Source of the DNA: a virus
Strand: one strand, 5' to 3'
Length of the DNA: 64,000 nucleotides
IMG/VR virus record: IMGVR_UViG_3300039310_000050
Span: 37,634 to 101,633 of that record
Part shown: piece after piece, positions 1 to 10,178 of the stretch
Position numbering within the stretch: position 1 is the stretch's first letter
Layout: each line of letters begins with the position of its first letter
Made by a program: the position numbers and the translations under genes
The notes under the pieces: model-generated
The model's input: only the letters and a program-made list of their open reading frames with translations
Told to the model about the DNA's origin: nothing
The model's database searches: none

Positions 1-763
1 GAAATTCATTACTATATGGAAGTTTATCATTTCGGATACAATCATTAATATACAATTGGAATAAATCATTAGATCCTAAAGTAGCTAATGCAGTTTTAGA
101 AATATCAATTGCTCTATGACGTAATGAAGAAATTGCAGTTTCAATTTTTCCCCAATCTCCGGGAGCTATCATTTCTTCTTCTGGAAGTTCTGGTTCAAAA
201 CAATAAATTTGTTCTTGAAATGCATTTTCTGGAGCATTTGCTCCAAAATTAGCTTCCATATCTTTTATTTTATTTCCAGTATATGTGGTATGAAATACAC
301 AACCAATTTGACAAGACCGTATATATTTCGAAATTATGAAATGATGAGGAATTTTATAATTTAAAGTATTTGGTTGAAATGAAATTTCACCACCTGTGCG
401 GTACTTTGTCCAAAGAACATCTCCTTGAATAATTTGTGGAATATCACAATACCATAATCTATCATAAAGTTCCATTAAAGTAATTTGAAGTCCTTTTGAT
501 TCATGGTTTTCTAAAATATCAGCATGACAATAATTTATTTTCCCTGAAAATACACTTTTTGTTCCTACAAAAAATCTTTGATTTTCAGGATTTTTCCCAC
601 AAATAAAAGCCGGAGCACCATCCCATTTAACTGATATTCTGGTATTAGAAGTGTTTATACCACATAAAAAGTGATATACTTGTTCCAAAATATTCAATGG
701 AATAAATGGATCAGCTTTTGTAAAACATAAATCTTCTACATGCTGCAAATGAATATTCTTCAT
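1..763 (-). CDS. Conserved T4-like phage protein (DUF6267-like), runs off window start
   Basis: Manual translation from ATG 763: MKNIHLQHVEDL...SVKWDGAPAFICG...FFVGTKSVF...QGDVLW...FQPNTLNY; frame appears open to base 1; absent from the ORF track, consistent with no stop in the window. Confidence 0.75.
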   Translation of the reverse strand, partial: MKNIHLQHVEDLCFTKADPFIPLNILEQVYHFLCGINTSNTRISVKWDGAPAFICGKNPENQRFFVGTKSVFSGKINYCHADILENHESKGLQITLMELYDRLWYCDIPQIIQGDVLWTKYRTGGEISFQPNTLNYKIPHHFIISKYIRSCQIGCVFHTTYTGNKIKDMEANFGANAPENAFQEQIYCFEPELPEEEMIAPGDWGKIETAISSLRHRAIDISKTALATLGSNDLFQLYINDCIRNDKLPYSNEF

Positions 764-794
764 ACTTACATATTATCAGATTTTTTCATTAATG

Positions 795-2873
795 TCAAGT
801 GGCTTTACGAATATTTTCTAATGTATAATTTGGAGAAACATATTGTTTTGCAGTTTGTGCTTCTTGATTTTCTAAAAGAATATGGCGTTTAGCTATAGTT
901 TTCTTTGTTACAGCCAATACACCTAATCCTTTTAATAGGTATTTTGGATTTTTATTTTCAAAATTTCTAATTTGAAAAAATGGATAATCTTCAAAAGGAA
1001 CATCATTTAAATTTTGAATAATGGTTTTACATTCTAAAATTAATGTATTAAACCTATAATCCCAATCAAAATATCTTGTTTCCCAAGTTTGTTTAATAAC
1101 CGCACCATGTTTATAAATATCATCACCAAAAATTACATCTTGAGCTTCTTGGGAAGAAGTTTGAATATCTATTTCTGGATCCAAATTATATATACCATTC
1201 TTATTTTTTAATTTCACCAATTTTGGATAAGTATCTAATACATATTCAAATACATGTTGAGTAATTTCTCCCCAATATGTTTCTGGTGATTCCCATCCAG
1301 GCGCATCAGCTTGTTTGATTGAAATTGGAACTATACCTCGATACGTAACCAAATTCATATTACTTTTTAAACGTTCTTTAGTTTTTTTGGTACTTACATC
1401 AATAATATCAGTAATATTTTTAACAAAAAAATCTGTTCGTCCATTAACTTGGAATTCAATATTAATATTTTTATATACTTCCAAATATTCATGAATTGCA
1501 TTATAAAAATCTAATTCATTTTTTCTTCCTGCAGACATTGTAGGTAATTTAATTGTATCTTTAATTCTTGCAAAAATTTTAAAATCTCCTACTTCAATAT
1601 ACCGATATTCTGGTAAGTAAGGACCTTCATGTTCTAATTCTTTCATTTTAGGATTATAAATTCTTAAAGCATCAAAAATAGGTTTAACAAAATTAATAAT
1701 TTCTTTTTTATTTTTAACCATAATATAAAATGCTTTAGGAATACCTATAAGAGGTTCATTTAAAACATCTTTATATCCTAATTTAGTTATAATTTGTTTT
1801 ATGGTAGCTGAAGATAATTTGGCAGTAGGTGAAACTGGGAGTCTAAGAGAAATAAGATGAGTTTTTTTATTAAATTCAAATTGGCTACCCAATACTTCTG
1901 TTTTTGGATCTAATATATAATTATATAAATCTAATATCCATTTTTCAAATGATTTATGAAAAATTTTCCCACAAAAAACTTCAGCCACAAATTCTGTAGA
2001 ATTTACCGCAGCATATTCACTAACTTTATCTTCTATATCTCGTTTCAATTTAAGAGAAAATGAAGTCTCTTTTGAAAATGTTTTACTTTGTGTTTTTTCA
2101 TGATAAATATGTCCTAATTCATGCCATATTAAAGCTTCTTTATCATTATCAATTACATAAGAATGGGTAATTGTAGGATTTAAAAATAATCCTGTATTAA
2201 TTCCCATAAAATGATCAATATGATCATAATAAGCATATAATTCCATTGAATTATCAACTTTAATTTCAGGAGGTAATTTCAAATTTTTTTGTTTAGCTTT
2301 TTTAAAAACACCTAAAATTATATCCAGAATTTTAATAGAACAATCATTTTTTAAAAATTCTCCATTTCTTGGATGATCTGAAAAAGATATAACAACACCT
2401 AATTTTTTAAATTCAGCAATTAATCTATCAGGAGAATTATCTGGTAAATGATCTAAATCTAAAAGTTTCCCAGAAACATTTGTTTTACCAAATAAAATCA
2501 TTGCAGCTATTCTATGATTTCCATCAATAATATATTTTTGATTATGATATTGGATTACATAAACGGCATCTTCTCCACTTGTTGATGTTCGTAATTGTCC
2601 TTTTTGAATGATTCTTACCAATCGTTCAAAATTACTATAGGATAATACATCTTGTAAAGATAATAAGTTACTAAAATTGATTTGGGTAGGTTTCGCAAAT
2701 TCGAATCCAATATCTTCGAATTCTTTAGTAGGAGTAGGAAAATTTCTTTGGAGGATTTCTGTTATATCTTCAAGGATGGAACCAGCATTACTGGGTTGTT
2801 TAATAAAATTTTCAAACAACCCATTATAACTTTTAGTTTTTATTTCTGCGAGTTTAGTATCAATATCTAGCAT
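795..2873 (-). CDS. Multidomain protein: ParB/Srx-like + zincin (HExxH) + C-terminal restriction-endonuclease-like domain
   Basis: IIDGNHRIAA (ParB-like); WHELGH...SEYAAVNSTEFVAEVF (zincin); KSNMNL...PISIKQ (nuclease-like); late-type TCTAAATA at 2881-2888. Confidence 0.55.
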   Translation of the reverse strand: MLDIDTKLAEIKTKSYNGLFENFIKQPSNAGSILEDITEILQRNFPTPTKEFEDIGFEFAKPTQINFSNLLSLQDVLSYSNFERLVRIIQKGQLRTSTSGEDAVYVIQYHNQKYIIDGNHRIAAMILFGKTNVSGKLLDLDHLPDNSPDRLIAEFKKLGVVISFSDHPRNGEFLKNDCSIKILDIILGVFKKAKQKNLKLPPEIKVDNSMELYAYYDHIDHFMGINTGLFLNPTITHSYVIDNDKEALIWHELGHIYHEKTQSKTFSKETSFSLKLKRDIEDKVSEYAAVNSTEFVAEVFCGKIFHKSFEKWILDLYNYILDPKTEVLGSQFEFNKKTHLISLRLPVSPTAKLSSATIKQIITKLGYKDVLNEPLIGIPKAFYIMVKNKKEIINFVKPIFDALRIYNPKMKELEHEGPYLPEYRYIEVGDFKIFARIKDTIKLPTMSAGRKNELDFYNAIHEYLEVYKNINIEFQVNGRTDFFVKNITDIIDVSTKKTKERLKSNMNLVTYRGIVPISIKQADAPGWESPETYWGEITQHVFEYVLDTYPKLVKLKNKNGIYNLDPEIDIQTSSQEAQDVIFGDDIYKHGAVIKQTWETRYFDWDYRFNTLILECKTIIQNLNDVPFEDYPFFQIRNFENKNPKYLLKGLGVLAVTKKTIAKRHILLENQEAQTAKQYVSPNYTLENIRKAT

Positions 2874-2883
2874 TCTTTAATAT

Positions 2884-4338
2884 TTAGACTTTAAAATCGG
2901 AGAATGTTTTCTTTCCACGCAACCCAAATTTCCTGGTTTGTAGATTTTTATAACCAGGTTCATATGGTTGGCTTCCATGTCTCTTGGATACATCACGCTT
3001 CATTTGTTGTTCATCTTGTTCAGGGGGATCATCTTCTCTTGTTTGGCCACGTTGTTCTACATCATACCAACGGAATTTCTTACGATCTAATCCAATAAAA
3101 AATCTTTTGTTTTCACTTGCATCTTTATATCTATTCTTGTGCTGAATAATCTTCATTTGTCCTAATTCACGCAATTTATCGGTACAAATTAAAAACCATG
3201 CAAGATCAACAGTTGCTAATAAACCAACTTTACTACCAGCTACTTGAGTAATTGTAGGATCTGTAGATTCAATTCCAGCGGCATCAAGTTGCGTTGCGCT
3301 CCAAATAGGAACATTATATTCTTGGGCTAATGCCCTTACTTCTTCAGCAATTGCCAAAATTGTAATGTGTGTTTTATCGCTTGCTTTAATACGGCAAGAT
3401 GCCATCAAGTTCATTGAATCAATGATAATAACATCTGGAATAAATTGTTTTTTTAATTTCAATTCTCCTAATAATGCTCGAATATTATTTACATGGATTG
3501 AACCTGCTGGATATTCTTTAGTTTCTAATTTACCTGGAGTACTTTCACGTGCCTTTTGTATCTTCTTTAAGAAAATTTCCTTCGGAAGATCTTCAATAGT
3601 ATCAATTGAAGTATCCAATAAATTACAATCAATTCTCAAATTGATATTTACTTCTGAAACTTCTAAAGTAATATAAAGAACATTCTTTCCCGCGCACATA
3701 TAGGATTTTGCAAGATGACAAAGACCTAATGTTTTACCAACATAAATTCCACCAACCAAAAGATTGAGAGTTTTGGAAGGTACTCCACCTTTTGTTACCT
3801 TATTACAATATGAAACATCAAAAGGTAATTTATATTCATCCGCATGTAATGTATCATATCGGAATTCTGCATCATTAAAATAATCATGACCAATGGAAGG
3901 ATCAAATGAAACTGCTAAAGCGTTTTCAAAAATATGTGGAATCGCACCTGAATCTAGTTTTTTATCTTTCCCTTCCAAAATCGCAACAGATCTATAAGCA
4001 GCGCAAACAAGTGCCTTATCTTTACAGAATTTCTCGGTCTCATCTATTAACCAATCTAATTCAAATTTTTCACTATCATCTTCCAATTCTGTTAAAGTTT
4101 CCAATACTTCTTTATATGTTTCTTCAACTACATTTTCCTTTTCAATCGATACAGCAATAACTGAAATTGTTGGAAGTTTATTGTATTCGGCAATATAATT
4201 TACGGTATGAGTAAAAATTAATTTCTCGTGAGTCTGTTTAAAATATTCCTCTTTTAAATAAGGAATAATTTTACGAGTATATTCCTCATTATGAAATAGT
4301 TGGCGGAGGATAATTGTTTCTATTCTAGTGTCTGACAT
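2884..4338 (-). CDS. 41: Replicative DnaB-like helicase gp41
   Basis: Walker A GGIYVGKT, LYITLE, KEYPAGS, IIIDSMNL, IWSATQ, KNRY. Confidence 0.95.
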   Translation of the reverse strand: MSDTRIETIILRQLFHNEEYTRKIIPYLKEEYFKQTHEKLIFTHTVNYIAEYNKLPTISVIAVSIEKENVVEETYKEVLETLTELEDDSEKFELDWLIDETEKFCKDKALVCAAYRSVAILEGKDKKLDSGAIPHIFENALAVSFDPSIGHDYFNDAEFRYDTLHADEYKLPFDVSYCNKVTKGGVPSKTLNLLVGGIYVGKTLGLCHLAKSYMCAGKNVLYITLEVSEVNINLRIDCNLLDTSIDTIEDLPKEIFLKKIQKARESTPGKLETKEYPAGSIHVNNIRALLGELKLKKQFIPDVIIIDSMNLMASCRIKASDKTHITILAIAEEVRALAQEYNVPIWSATQLDAAGIESTDPTITQVAGSKVGLLATVDLAWFLICTDKLRELGQMKIIQHKNRYKDASENKRFFIGLDRKKFRWYDVEQRGQTREDDPPEQDEQQMKRDVSKRHGSQPYEPGYKNLQTRKFGLRGKKTFSDFKV

Positions 4339-4651
4339 TGTTCTCCTGAGGAGTTAATTTCCAACCTTCTTCTTGTTCGCAAACCAATTCAAGTGCTATA
4401 GCTGCTACTATCCGAGAAAGTGCTTTCGATTTTTCACATTCTCTAGGATTATGCCCTGCATAATGTAGAATTCTATAATCATAACAAAACTGTGGTTGTC
4501 CTGGTCTATAATCCATTTCTTTTACAGGTATAATTTTAATTTTCTCTGCGACCTGGATTTTAAGTCCTTTATAAGGCCCCATATTTAATGTTACGAGATA
4601 AGGATTTGATTCATTATTGGTATAATATCCTTCTGGTAATATTCTTTTCAT
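4325..4651 (-). CDS. gp40-like protein (tentative)
   Basis: Immediately upstream of gp41 as in T4 (uvsX-40-41); GPYKG motif; size 108 aa. Confidence 0.4.
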   Translation of the reverse strand: MKRILPEGYYTNNESNPYLVTLNMGPYKGLKIQVAEKIKIIPVKEMDYRPGQPQFCYDYRILHYAGHNPRECEKSKALSRIVAAIALELVCEQEEGWKLTPQENNVRH

Positions 4652-5235
4652 TTACTACACCTCGCAAGTCTTGCACGCCAATTAATACGGCATTTCTCCA
4701 TATCGTGGCGGTTTTCTTGGATTATTTTATCTTTTTGGTGTTCTGATATTGATGGAGCCAACGGGCCGAATAATTTATAGGACTTCTCAATAGGAAACTT
4801 TTTGAGATATAAACCATCGTCAGCATCTACAATATATTTTTTAGCAGCATCTTTATTTACCAGAATACCACACTGTTCCTCAAGTACCATAATAAATTGG
4901 GAATAGTCTTCAGGCAAAACATTGTAATGATTATTCCCACGGAACTTCATTAACTGGATTCCCTTAATACATTCTCTCCAACCAGTCTTACCATATAAAG
5001 CATGAGAACTGTATTTCACTTCAACATATAAATCAAATTTAGGAACATAAAGATCTCGTCCTTGTTCATCTTTAAACTGGATCTTTCCGTTACTAAAATC
5101 AGCAATACTATGTTCTAATTCATCTGCTTTCAGGAAATGACCTTTATTGGTATTATAGATCAATGGATCTAATGTATAATTGTTATTCACATACATCTGC
5201 CAATTTACACCCTTCTCAATATAATTTTCCACCAT
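4648..5235 (-). CDS. Putative PD-(D/E)XK nuclease
   Basis: E...GRDL...YVEVKY spacing typical of the PD-(D/E)XK fold. Confidence 0.45.
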   Translation of the reverse strand: MVENYIEKGVNWQMYVNNNYTLDPLIYNTNKGHFLKADELEHSIADFSNGKIQFKDEQGRDLYVPKFDLYVEVKYSSHALYGKTGWRECIKGIQLMKFRGNNHYNVLPEDYSQFIMVLEEQCGILVNKDAAKKYIVDADDGLYLKKFPIEKSYKLFGPLAPSISEHQKDKIIQENRHDMEKCRINWRARLARCSK

Positions 5236-5282
5236 GTCATATCATAGGTCACATTAGACATTATATAGGCACCTTTCACAAT

Positions 5283-5591
5283 TTATTCAGCATTTAAATG
5301 AAAATCAATTACAATCATAGCAATTCTATTTCCTTTACCTGAAACATCTTTTTCAAGTAAAGCATGAACCGGATAAAATCCATCACCATATCCTGTAGAA
5401 ACACAAACTCCTAATCCTTCATGGCCCGCTTCATAGTTGAAACTTTTCATATATGGGCCTTTTTCATTACTAACATCCAATTCTGGTAATCCATCACCAA
5501 TATAACATGGATCACCTATCCAACACATTCCTGAATCTACACCAATATGGCCCACTAACTTCCAATTTTCTTTTACTGGTTTCTTTTTCAT
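5283..5591 (-). CDS. DUF4241-like protein
   Basis: GVDSG..W.GDPCY and STGYGDGFYPV motifs. Confidence 0.55.
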   Translation of the reverse strand: MKKKPVKENWKLVGHIGVDSGMCWIGDPCYIGDGLPELDVSNEKGPYMKSFNYEAGHEGLGVCVSTGYGDGFYPVHALLEKDVSGKGNRIAMIVIDFHLNAE

Positions 5592-5593
5592 AT

Positions 5594-5917
5594 TTACTCC
5601 GTTGTATGTAATTCGTTTTGAATTTGTTTCACCATAAATCCTAATTTATCTTTATCCAAACCCAATTCTTTTATAGAAACACCTCCCATTAAAGATTTTA
5701 CAAAATTTTGTTGTGGAGAAGTTAATTTCTTCATCATATCTTCTCTGCGCATATTTTGTTCCACTTGTTCAAATGGCTCATAATAGAAATCTACACCAGC
5801 ACCATTAAATGGTTTTAGTTTAGATACTCCGCATTCATGGAAGGCTTTCTCAAGTTTAAACTTCTTCAATTCTTTTCTCATAACACCATTATAACACAAA
5901 GGGCGCGTGGATAGCAA
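5594..5917 (-). CDS. Hypothetical protein (likely start 5881)
   Basis: ORF in operon context. Confidence 0.5.
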   Translation of the reverse strand: MLSTRPLCYNGVMRKELKKFKLEKAFHECGVSKLKPFNGAGVDFYYEPFEQVEQNMRREDMMKKLTSPQQNFVKSLMGGVSIKELGLDKDKLGFMVKQIQNELHTTE

Positions 5918-5918
5918 C

Positions 5919-6665
5919 CTACTTGAAGAATTTGTCTATATCTATAGGTTTATCCTTAATGGCTTGTTTTATGCGTTTATCGGCACCAATATAAATTTTC
6001 TTATCCTTCTCTATACCTGTAAATTTTCTATTGGTATTCACACACGCGACGCCAGTAGTACCAGATCCCATACAACAATCTAATACCATATCACCAGGAT
6101 TTGAATATGTGTTAATTAAATATTCCATTAAGGCCACGGGTTTTTGAGTTGGGTGTAATCCACGATCTTGTGAAAATTCTAAAACTGATATGGGATATCT
6201 GGTTCCTTCATTATCAATAGGAGTTTCTTTAGTTTGTTTTATTGATCCCGCTTCCCCACCAGAACGCTTACTATTCCATTTATATGGTTTTCCTTCTCTC
6301 ATTTGAGGATTATATGTCGGTTGTTTATCATAAAATACCACAACATCTTCGTGGCACTTCATTGGCATATATTTGGCTTGATATGGACTTGTACCATTAG
6401 GTTTTTGCCAAACTAAACAATATTTAAACCATTTCAAATTACTATTGATAAGCGTAGTTGTAAAAGGTTGTTGTGCTGTAAAAACATATGCCGCATTTGA
6501 CTTGGCTACTAATTTCAATTCTTTCCACAATTTATCCAAAGGTAAAATAGAATCCCAAGGACATGCAGTTGTACCATATGGAAGATCAATCAAAACCAAA
6601 TCCACAGAATGTTTTTCTATTTTGGTAAAACTTTTAAAACAATCTTCGTTATATAATGTGCCCAT
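5919..6665 (-). CDS. DNA N6-adenine/N4-cytosine methyltransferase, beta class
   Basis: Motif IV DLPY precedes HPTQKP and motif I DCCMGSGTTG; start moved to MGTLYNEDC. Confidence 0.92.
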   Translation of the reverse strand: MGTLYNEDCFKSFTKIEKHSVDLVLIDLPYGTTACPWDSILPLDKLWKELKLVAKSNAAYVFTAQQPFTTTLINSNLKWFKYCLVWQKPNGTSPYQAKYMPMKCHEDVVVFYDKQPTYNPQMREGKPYKWNSKRSGGEAGSIKQTKETPIDNEGTRYPISVLEFSQDRGLHPTQKPVALMEYLINTYSNPGDMVLDCCMGSGTTGVACVNTNRKFTGIEKDKKIYIGADKRIKQAIKDKPIDIDKFFK

Positions 6666-7185
6666 ACAAATATTTATGCAAATCTTTTTTAATAACCTCA
6701 TTGTTCAACTCTCCATAACAAAATTCAATTCCCTTTTTATGTGTCACTGTCGCTCGAAAATAAGGTACTAATAAACCTCCAAATTTTGGAATAAATTCAT
6801 TAACAAGTTTTTTAGATTTCTTTATATATTCCAACCAAATAATATAATCATCAATTTTACTAATATGTTCTCCCAAAAAAGCAACAGAAAAATCTGGAGT
6901 TATATAAGTATATAATGCGTCATCTTCTTTTTTTACAAAATGACCGTTATACATTGGTTTTACATGGATCCCATGTTTTTTATTTGATTTTTCTTCTATC
7001 CGAAAACAGCATTTTCCTTCTTTAAAAATATTTTCAACAGGATCAAAATCTGGAAAATTTTGACTACCTTTTGGTTGTTCTATAAAGTCAGCATCACATT
7101 TTATTAAATATTTCTTTGTTGCTACTCCAGGATGTTTATCATATTTTAAATCAAATAATCCATTAACAAAATCATCTATAGTCAT
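6649..7185 (-). CDS. Putative type II restriction endonuclease-like protein
   Basis: QPKGSQNFPDF...IEEKS...PMYN (PD..ExK); overlaps the methylase start. Confidence 0.55.
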   Translation of the reverse strand: MTIDDFVNGLFDLKYDKHPGVATKKYLIKCDADFIEQPKGSQNFPDFDPVENIFKEGKCCFRIEEKSNKKHGIHVKPMYNGHFVKKEDDALYTYITPDFSVAFLGEHISKIDDYIIWLEYIKKSKKLVNEFIPKFGGLLVPYFRATVTHKKGIEFCYGELNNEVIKKDLHKYLYGHII

Positions 7186-7260
7186 AAAATATTTTTCGTC
7201 ACATCAATCCATTATATACTTAAACCACCTTTCATTTCAATTCAAAAAGTCAAACAATTC

Positions 7261-8505
7261 TTAATCTTCCTCAACCTCACTCGCTACTTCCTCCGGCATT
7301 TCAACCGTCATACCATAATTGAATTCTTTACCGGCAAATACATCAAGCGCCTTCAGCACTTCATCGGTAAAATATACCTCTGGGTTTGCTTCGATCTGTT
7401 TTTCAGTTGCTACCTTATCACCAATTCTAATTTTACCACCCTTCTTTGCTTTCTCTTTACCTTCTTTCAGTTTCGCAAATCCTTCTGTTGCTGTTTTCTC
7501 TTTCTTCTCTTTTACTCTCTTGAATAGTTCATACTTCAATCCAAGTTCCAGTAATCCATAATACTTATCTAATCCGCCCGCATAATCCAGAGATACATCA
7601 ATCAATGTATTCTCTTTCGTCAAGCGGCCCTTTTCTAACTTACAGTGTAAAATAACTCCAACTACTTCAGTTCCTTCTTTATCTTTACTCTTACTCAAGA
7701 ATACTGAAAGCGAATTGGCATATTGTGGCCCACTGCCACCCGATTGGACTGTGTGAGAAAATAGATCTTGAGTCTTATATACATGATTCGTAATAAAGAA
7801 TGGAATATTTAATAAACCCATTTTCAATGTAATAGTTCTGAATGCTGATTTAATCAACCGGGTTCTGGTCATATCTTGTTTCTCACTACCCGATTCAGCA
7901 TCTTCCATTTCTTTCTGTGTAGAAAGATTTCCCAAAGAGTCGCATACAAACATCAATTCTTGCCGCTCTGAAGGTTTTGTTTCTTTCACTACGCGCAACA
8001 TCTTAAGTGATTGAGTCCGGAATTCTTGAACCGTTTCGATAGGAATCACATATACACGAGATACATCAATTCCTCTTGACACCATCATATCTTTTGTAAT
8101 CGCACCTTCAGTTTCAAAGAACATGATCCCCGATCCCGGGTGCGTATCCAAGAAATGTTTAACCAATGCTAAAATGAAATAGGTCTTACCTGTAGCAGAT
8201 GGTCCTGCGAAAACAACAATCTTGTTGTTAGGTGCTCCACCAAATAATGAACCACTCCATTGAGCGTTCAATAGATATACACCCGTATCAATCCAACCCG
8301 TTACATCGCCTGATATAATTCCATTTGAAGCCGCTTGAGCAAGGTCATTTCCTGTTGCTTTGGCTATCTTTTCAAAAAAGGCGATATTGGCCGTTTGCTT
8401 TACTTTCTTTTCCCGTACCTTCTTTTCTCTTACAGGTTTAGGTGCTCTTGGTTTCTTTACCCGTTGAATTTTGTTTGCTGCTTTAATTTTCTTTGGACGC
8501 GCCAT
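7261..8505 (-). CDS. uvsX: UvsX RecA-like recombinase
   Basis: AGPSATGKT, FETE, DSLGNL, TNHVY, SGGSG. Confidence 0.95.
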   Translation of the reverse strand: MARPKKIKAANKIQRVKKPRAPKPVREKKVREKKVKQTANIAFFEKIAKATGNDLAQAASNGIISGDVTGWIDTGVYLLNAQWSGSLFGGAPNNKIVVFAGPSATGKTYFILALVKHFLDTHPGSGIMFFETEGAITKDMMVSRGIDVSRVYVIPIETVQEFRTQSLKMLRVVKETKPSERQELMFVCDSLGNLSTQKEMEDAESGSEKQDMTRTRLIKSAFRTITLKMGLLNIPFFITNHVYKTQDLFSHTVQSGGSGPQYANSLSVFLSKSKDKEGTEVVGVILHCKLEKGRLTKENTLIDVSLDYAGGLDKYYGLLELGLKYELFKRVKEKKEKTATEGFAKLKEGKEKAKKGGKIRIGDKVATEKQIEANPEVYFTDEVLKALDVFAGKEFNYGMTVEMPEEVASEVEED

Positions 8506-9184
8506 TCATTCTCTCCATTTGTAAGAAATCTTCATCAGTGGCTATTGATAGTTTCACACCATTTAATTCTAAAAACCGTTTAATATACATCGCTTTGGCA
8601 GTTACAGGAGGCCAACAAAAAAATCTTGGAATCATAGGTTTATCTAATCCCTCTTGTGACAATCTTTCCGTTACCCAATCTGGAATAGGTTTAAATAGAT
8701 AATATCCTTCAGCCATCAAGGCCATATCATCTGCCCATTTAACATCTTGTACCATTGGATATGGTAACCCAAATTTCTCATTGATTACTCGTTCTAATTT
8801 AGCTTCGACTTCACGATAACCTTCAAGTGCTTTACTATATTTAACAGGTCGGGCAATATCACTTAAATATGCTTCTGAAGCATCATGGAGCAATCCAGCT
8901 AAAGCATTTTCTGGTTGAACTAATTCGCTTACTATTACACAATGTTGTGCCACGGAATAAAATTGATTCACATGACCAGTATATCGGCAGTTATTTCCCA
9001 ATGCATGGGCAATATCTTGAATATCAATTTCATTAGGATCTGGATTAATTGGGAAAATTTTATGTCCTCTATAAGTACCTATCCAAGATCCTTTTTCATA
9101 ATTACCTTGGCGATTACTTGCTTTACTATCCGACACTTCACGATCATAAATTTCTTGACCAGTTAATTCTTTAATTTGTTCCAT
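8483..9184 (-). CDS. HD-domain 5'-deoxynucleotidase / dNTP phosphohydrolase (YfbR/DatZ-like)
   Basis: DIAHALG..CRY.GH...YSVAQH...LLHDASEAYLSDI.RPVK. Confidence 0.85.
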   Translation of the reverse strand: MEQIKELTGQEIYDREVSDSKASNRQGNYEKGSWIGTYRGHKIFPINPDPNEIDIQDIAHALGNNCRYTGHVNQFYSVAQHCVIVSELVQPENALAGLLHDASEAYLSDIARPVKYSKALEGYREVEAKLERVINEKFGLPYPMVQDVKWADDMALMAEGYYLFKPIPDWVTERLSQEGLDKPMIPRFFCWPPVTAKAMYIKRFLELNGVKLSIATDEDFLQMERMNGASKEN

Positions 9185-9715
9185 TTACTTCCTACGATTC
9201 TTATTTTGTTCACTTCTTGTAGACCATTTAACATTTCCTGGTTTATAATTACCATCATTATCTATACGATCAATTGAATATTCAGGTCCAGGTCTTTTAC
9301 CAACATCTTTAATAAAATTTTCAAAAGATTTTCTCCATCTACTACAAACAGAAATACCTCTTCCACCATAATTTTTATAACCTTTGGCATTTGGTTCATA
9401 GCATCTTTTCAACATATTAATATATGAACCATATGTTATATTATTTCTTTGTGTTGGTATTTCTCTATGGTTATATCTTGAAAAATATCCATGTTTTAAA
9501 TGTGCTTTTCTATAATTTTCAATATTTTTACATCCACAAGAAATAGTTTTTCTCTTTCTTCTAAACAAAACCAGTGGTAAAATTATTTCTTTCTGACAAC
9601 CATTACAAAAACATTTCCACCAAGAACAAACTTTATCATTATATGGTTTATAATAACAAAATTCTTTAACAATTAAATATCCAAATTTTCTGCAGGAATA
9701 TTCAACATACGCCAT
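9185..9715 (-). CDS. HNH homing endonuclease
   Basis: SCGC, YGGRGI.VC.RW, SIDRIDNDGNYKPGNVKW. Confidence 0.9.
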   Translation of the reverse strand: MAYVEYSCRKFGYLIVKEFCYYKPYNDKVCSWWKCFCNGCQKEIILPLVLFRRKRKTISCGCKNIENYRKAHLKHGYFSRYNHREIPTQRNNITYGSYINMLKRCYEPNAKGYKNYGGRGISVCSRWRKSFENFIKDVGKRPGPEYSIDRIDNDGNYKPGNVKWSTRSEQNKNRRK

Positions 9716-10178
9716 TTTTTAATTTTTCCTTCAATAACTCATGCAAATATCCTTGTGCATTAAATATAATAGCACATAATGCAGTTTCTTTATTTACTGG
9801 TTTACCAGTTTTTTTATCAATTGTAGGATATCCTCTATGTAATTTCCATAAATCCCAAACATGTCGTAACAAAGATTTAATATATGAATTAAAAGTTATA
9901 CCTAACTGCCAATTATCTCCAGGTCTTTTGGATCCATCCGCTTGTACACTACAACTTAACATATATTCTCCAAATGCTTCTAATACAATTGGAGATAAAC
10001 AAGCTTCATAATCAATCTTTGATATATCTAAATCTCTGGTTGCTCCAGTTTCAAATTCTCTAACCAATGAAAGTCCTCTAGTCATAGTACCCATTACTGT
10101 ATGAGATTTATTATCACCTTCTAATGTTTTATATTTCGGATATTCATTATTTTCTTCTATCATTTCTTCTGTATTCAT
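9702..10178 (-). CDS. dATP/dGTP diphosphohydrolase-domain protein (DUF5664-like)
   Basis: FETGATRD...NWQLG...Y.KSLLRH...LCAIIFNA. Confidence 0.7.
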   Translation of the reverse strand: MNTEEMIEENNEYPKYKTLEGDNKSHTVMGTMTRGLSLVREFETGATRDLDISKIDYEACLSPIVLEAFGEYMLSCSVQADGSKRPGDNWQLGITFNSYIKSLLRHVWDLWKLHRGYPTIDKKTGKPVNKETALCAIIFNAQGYLHELLKEKLKNGVC

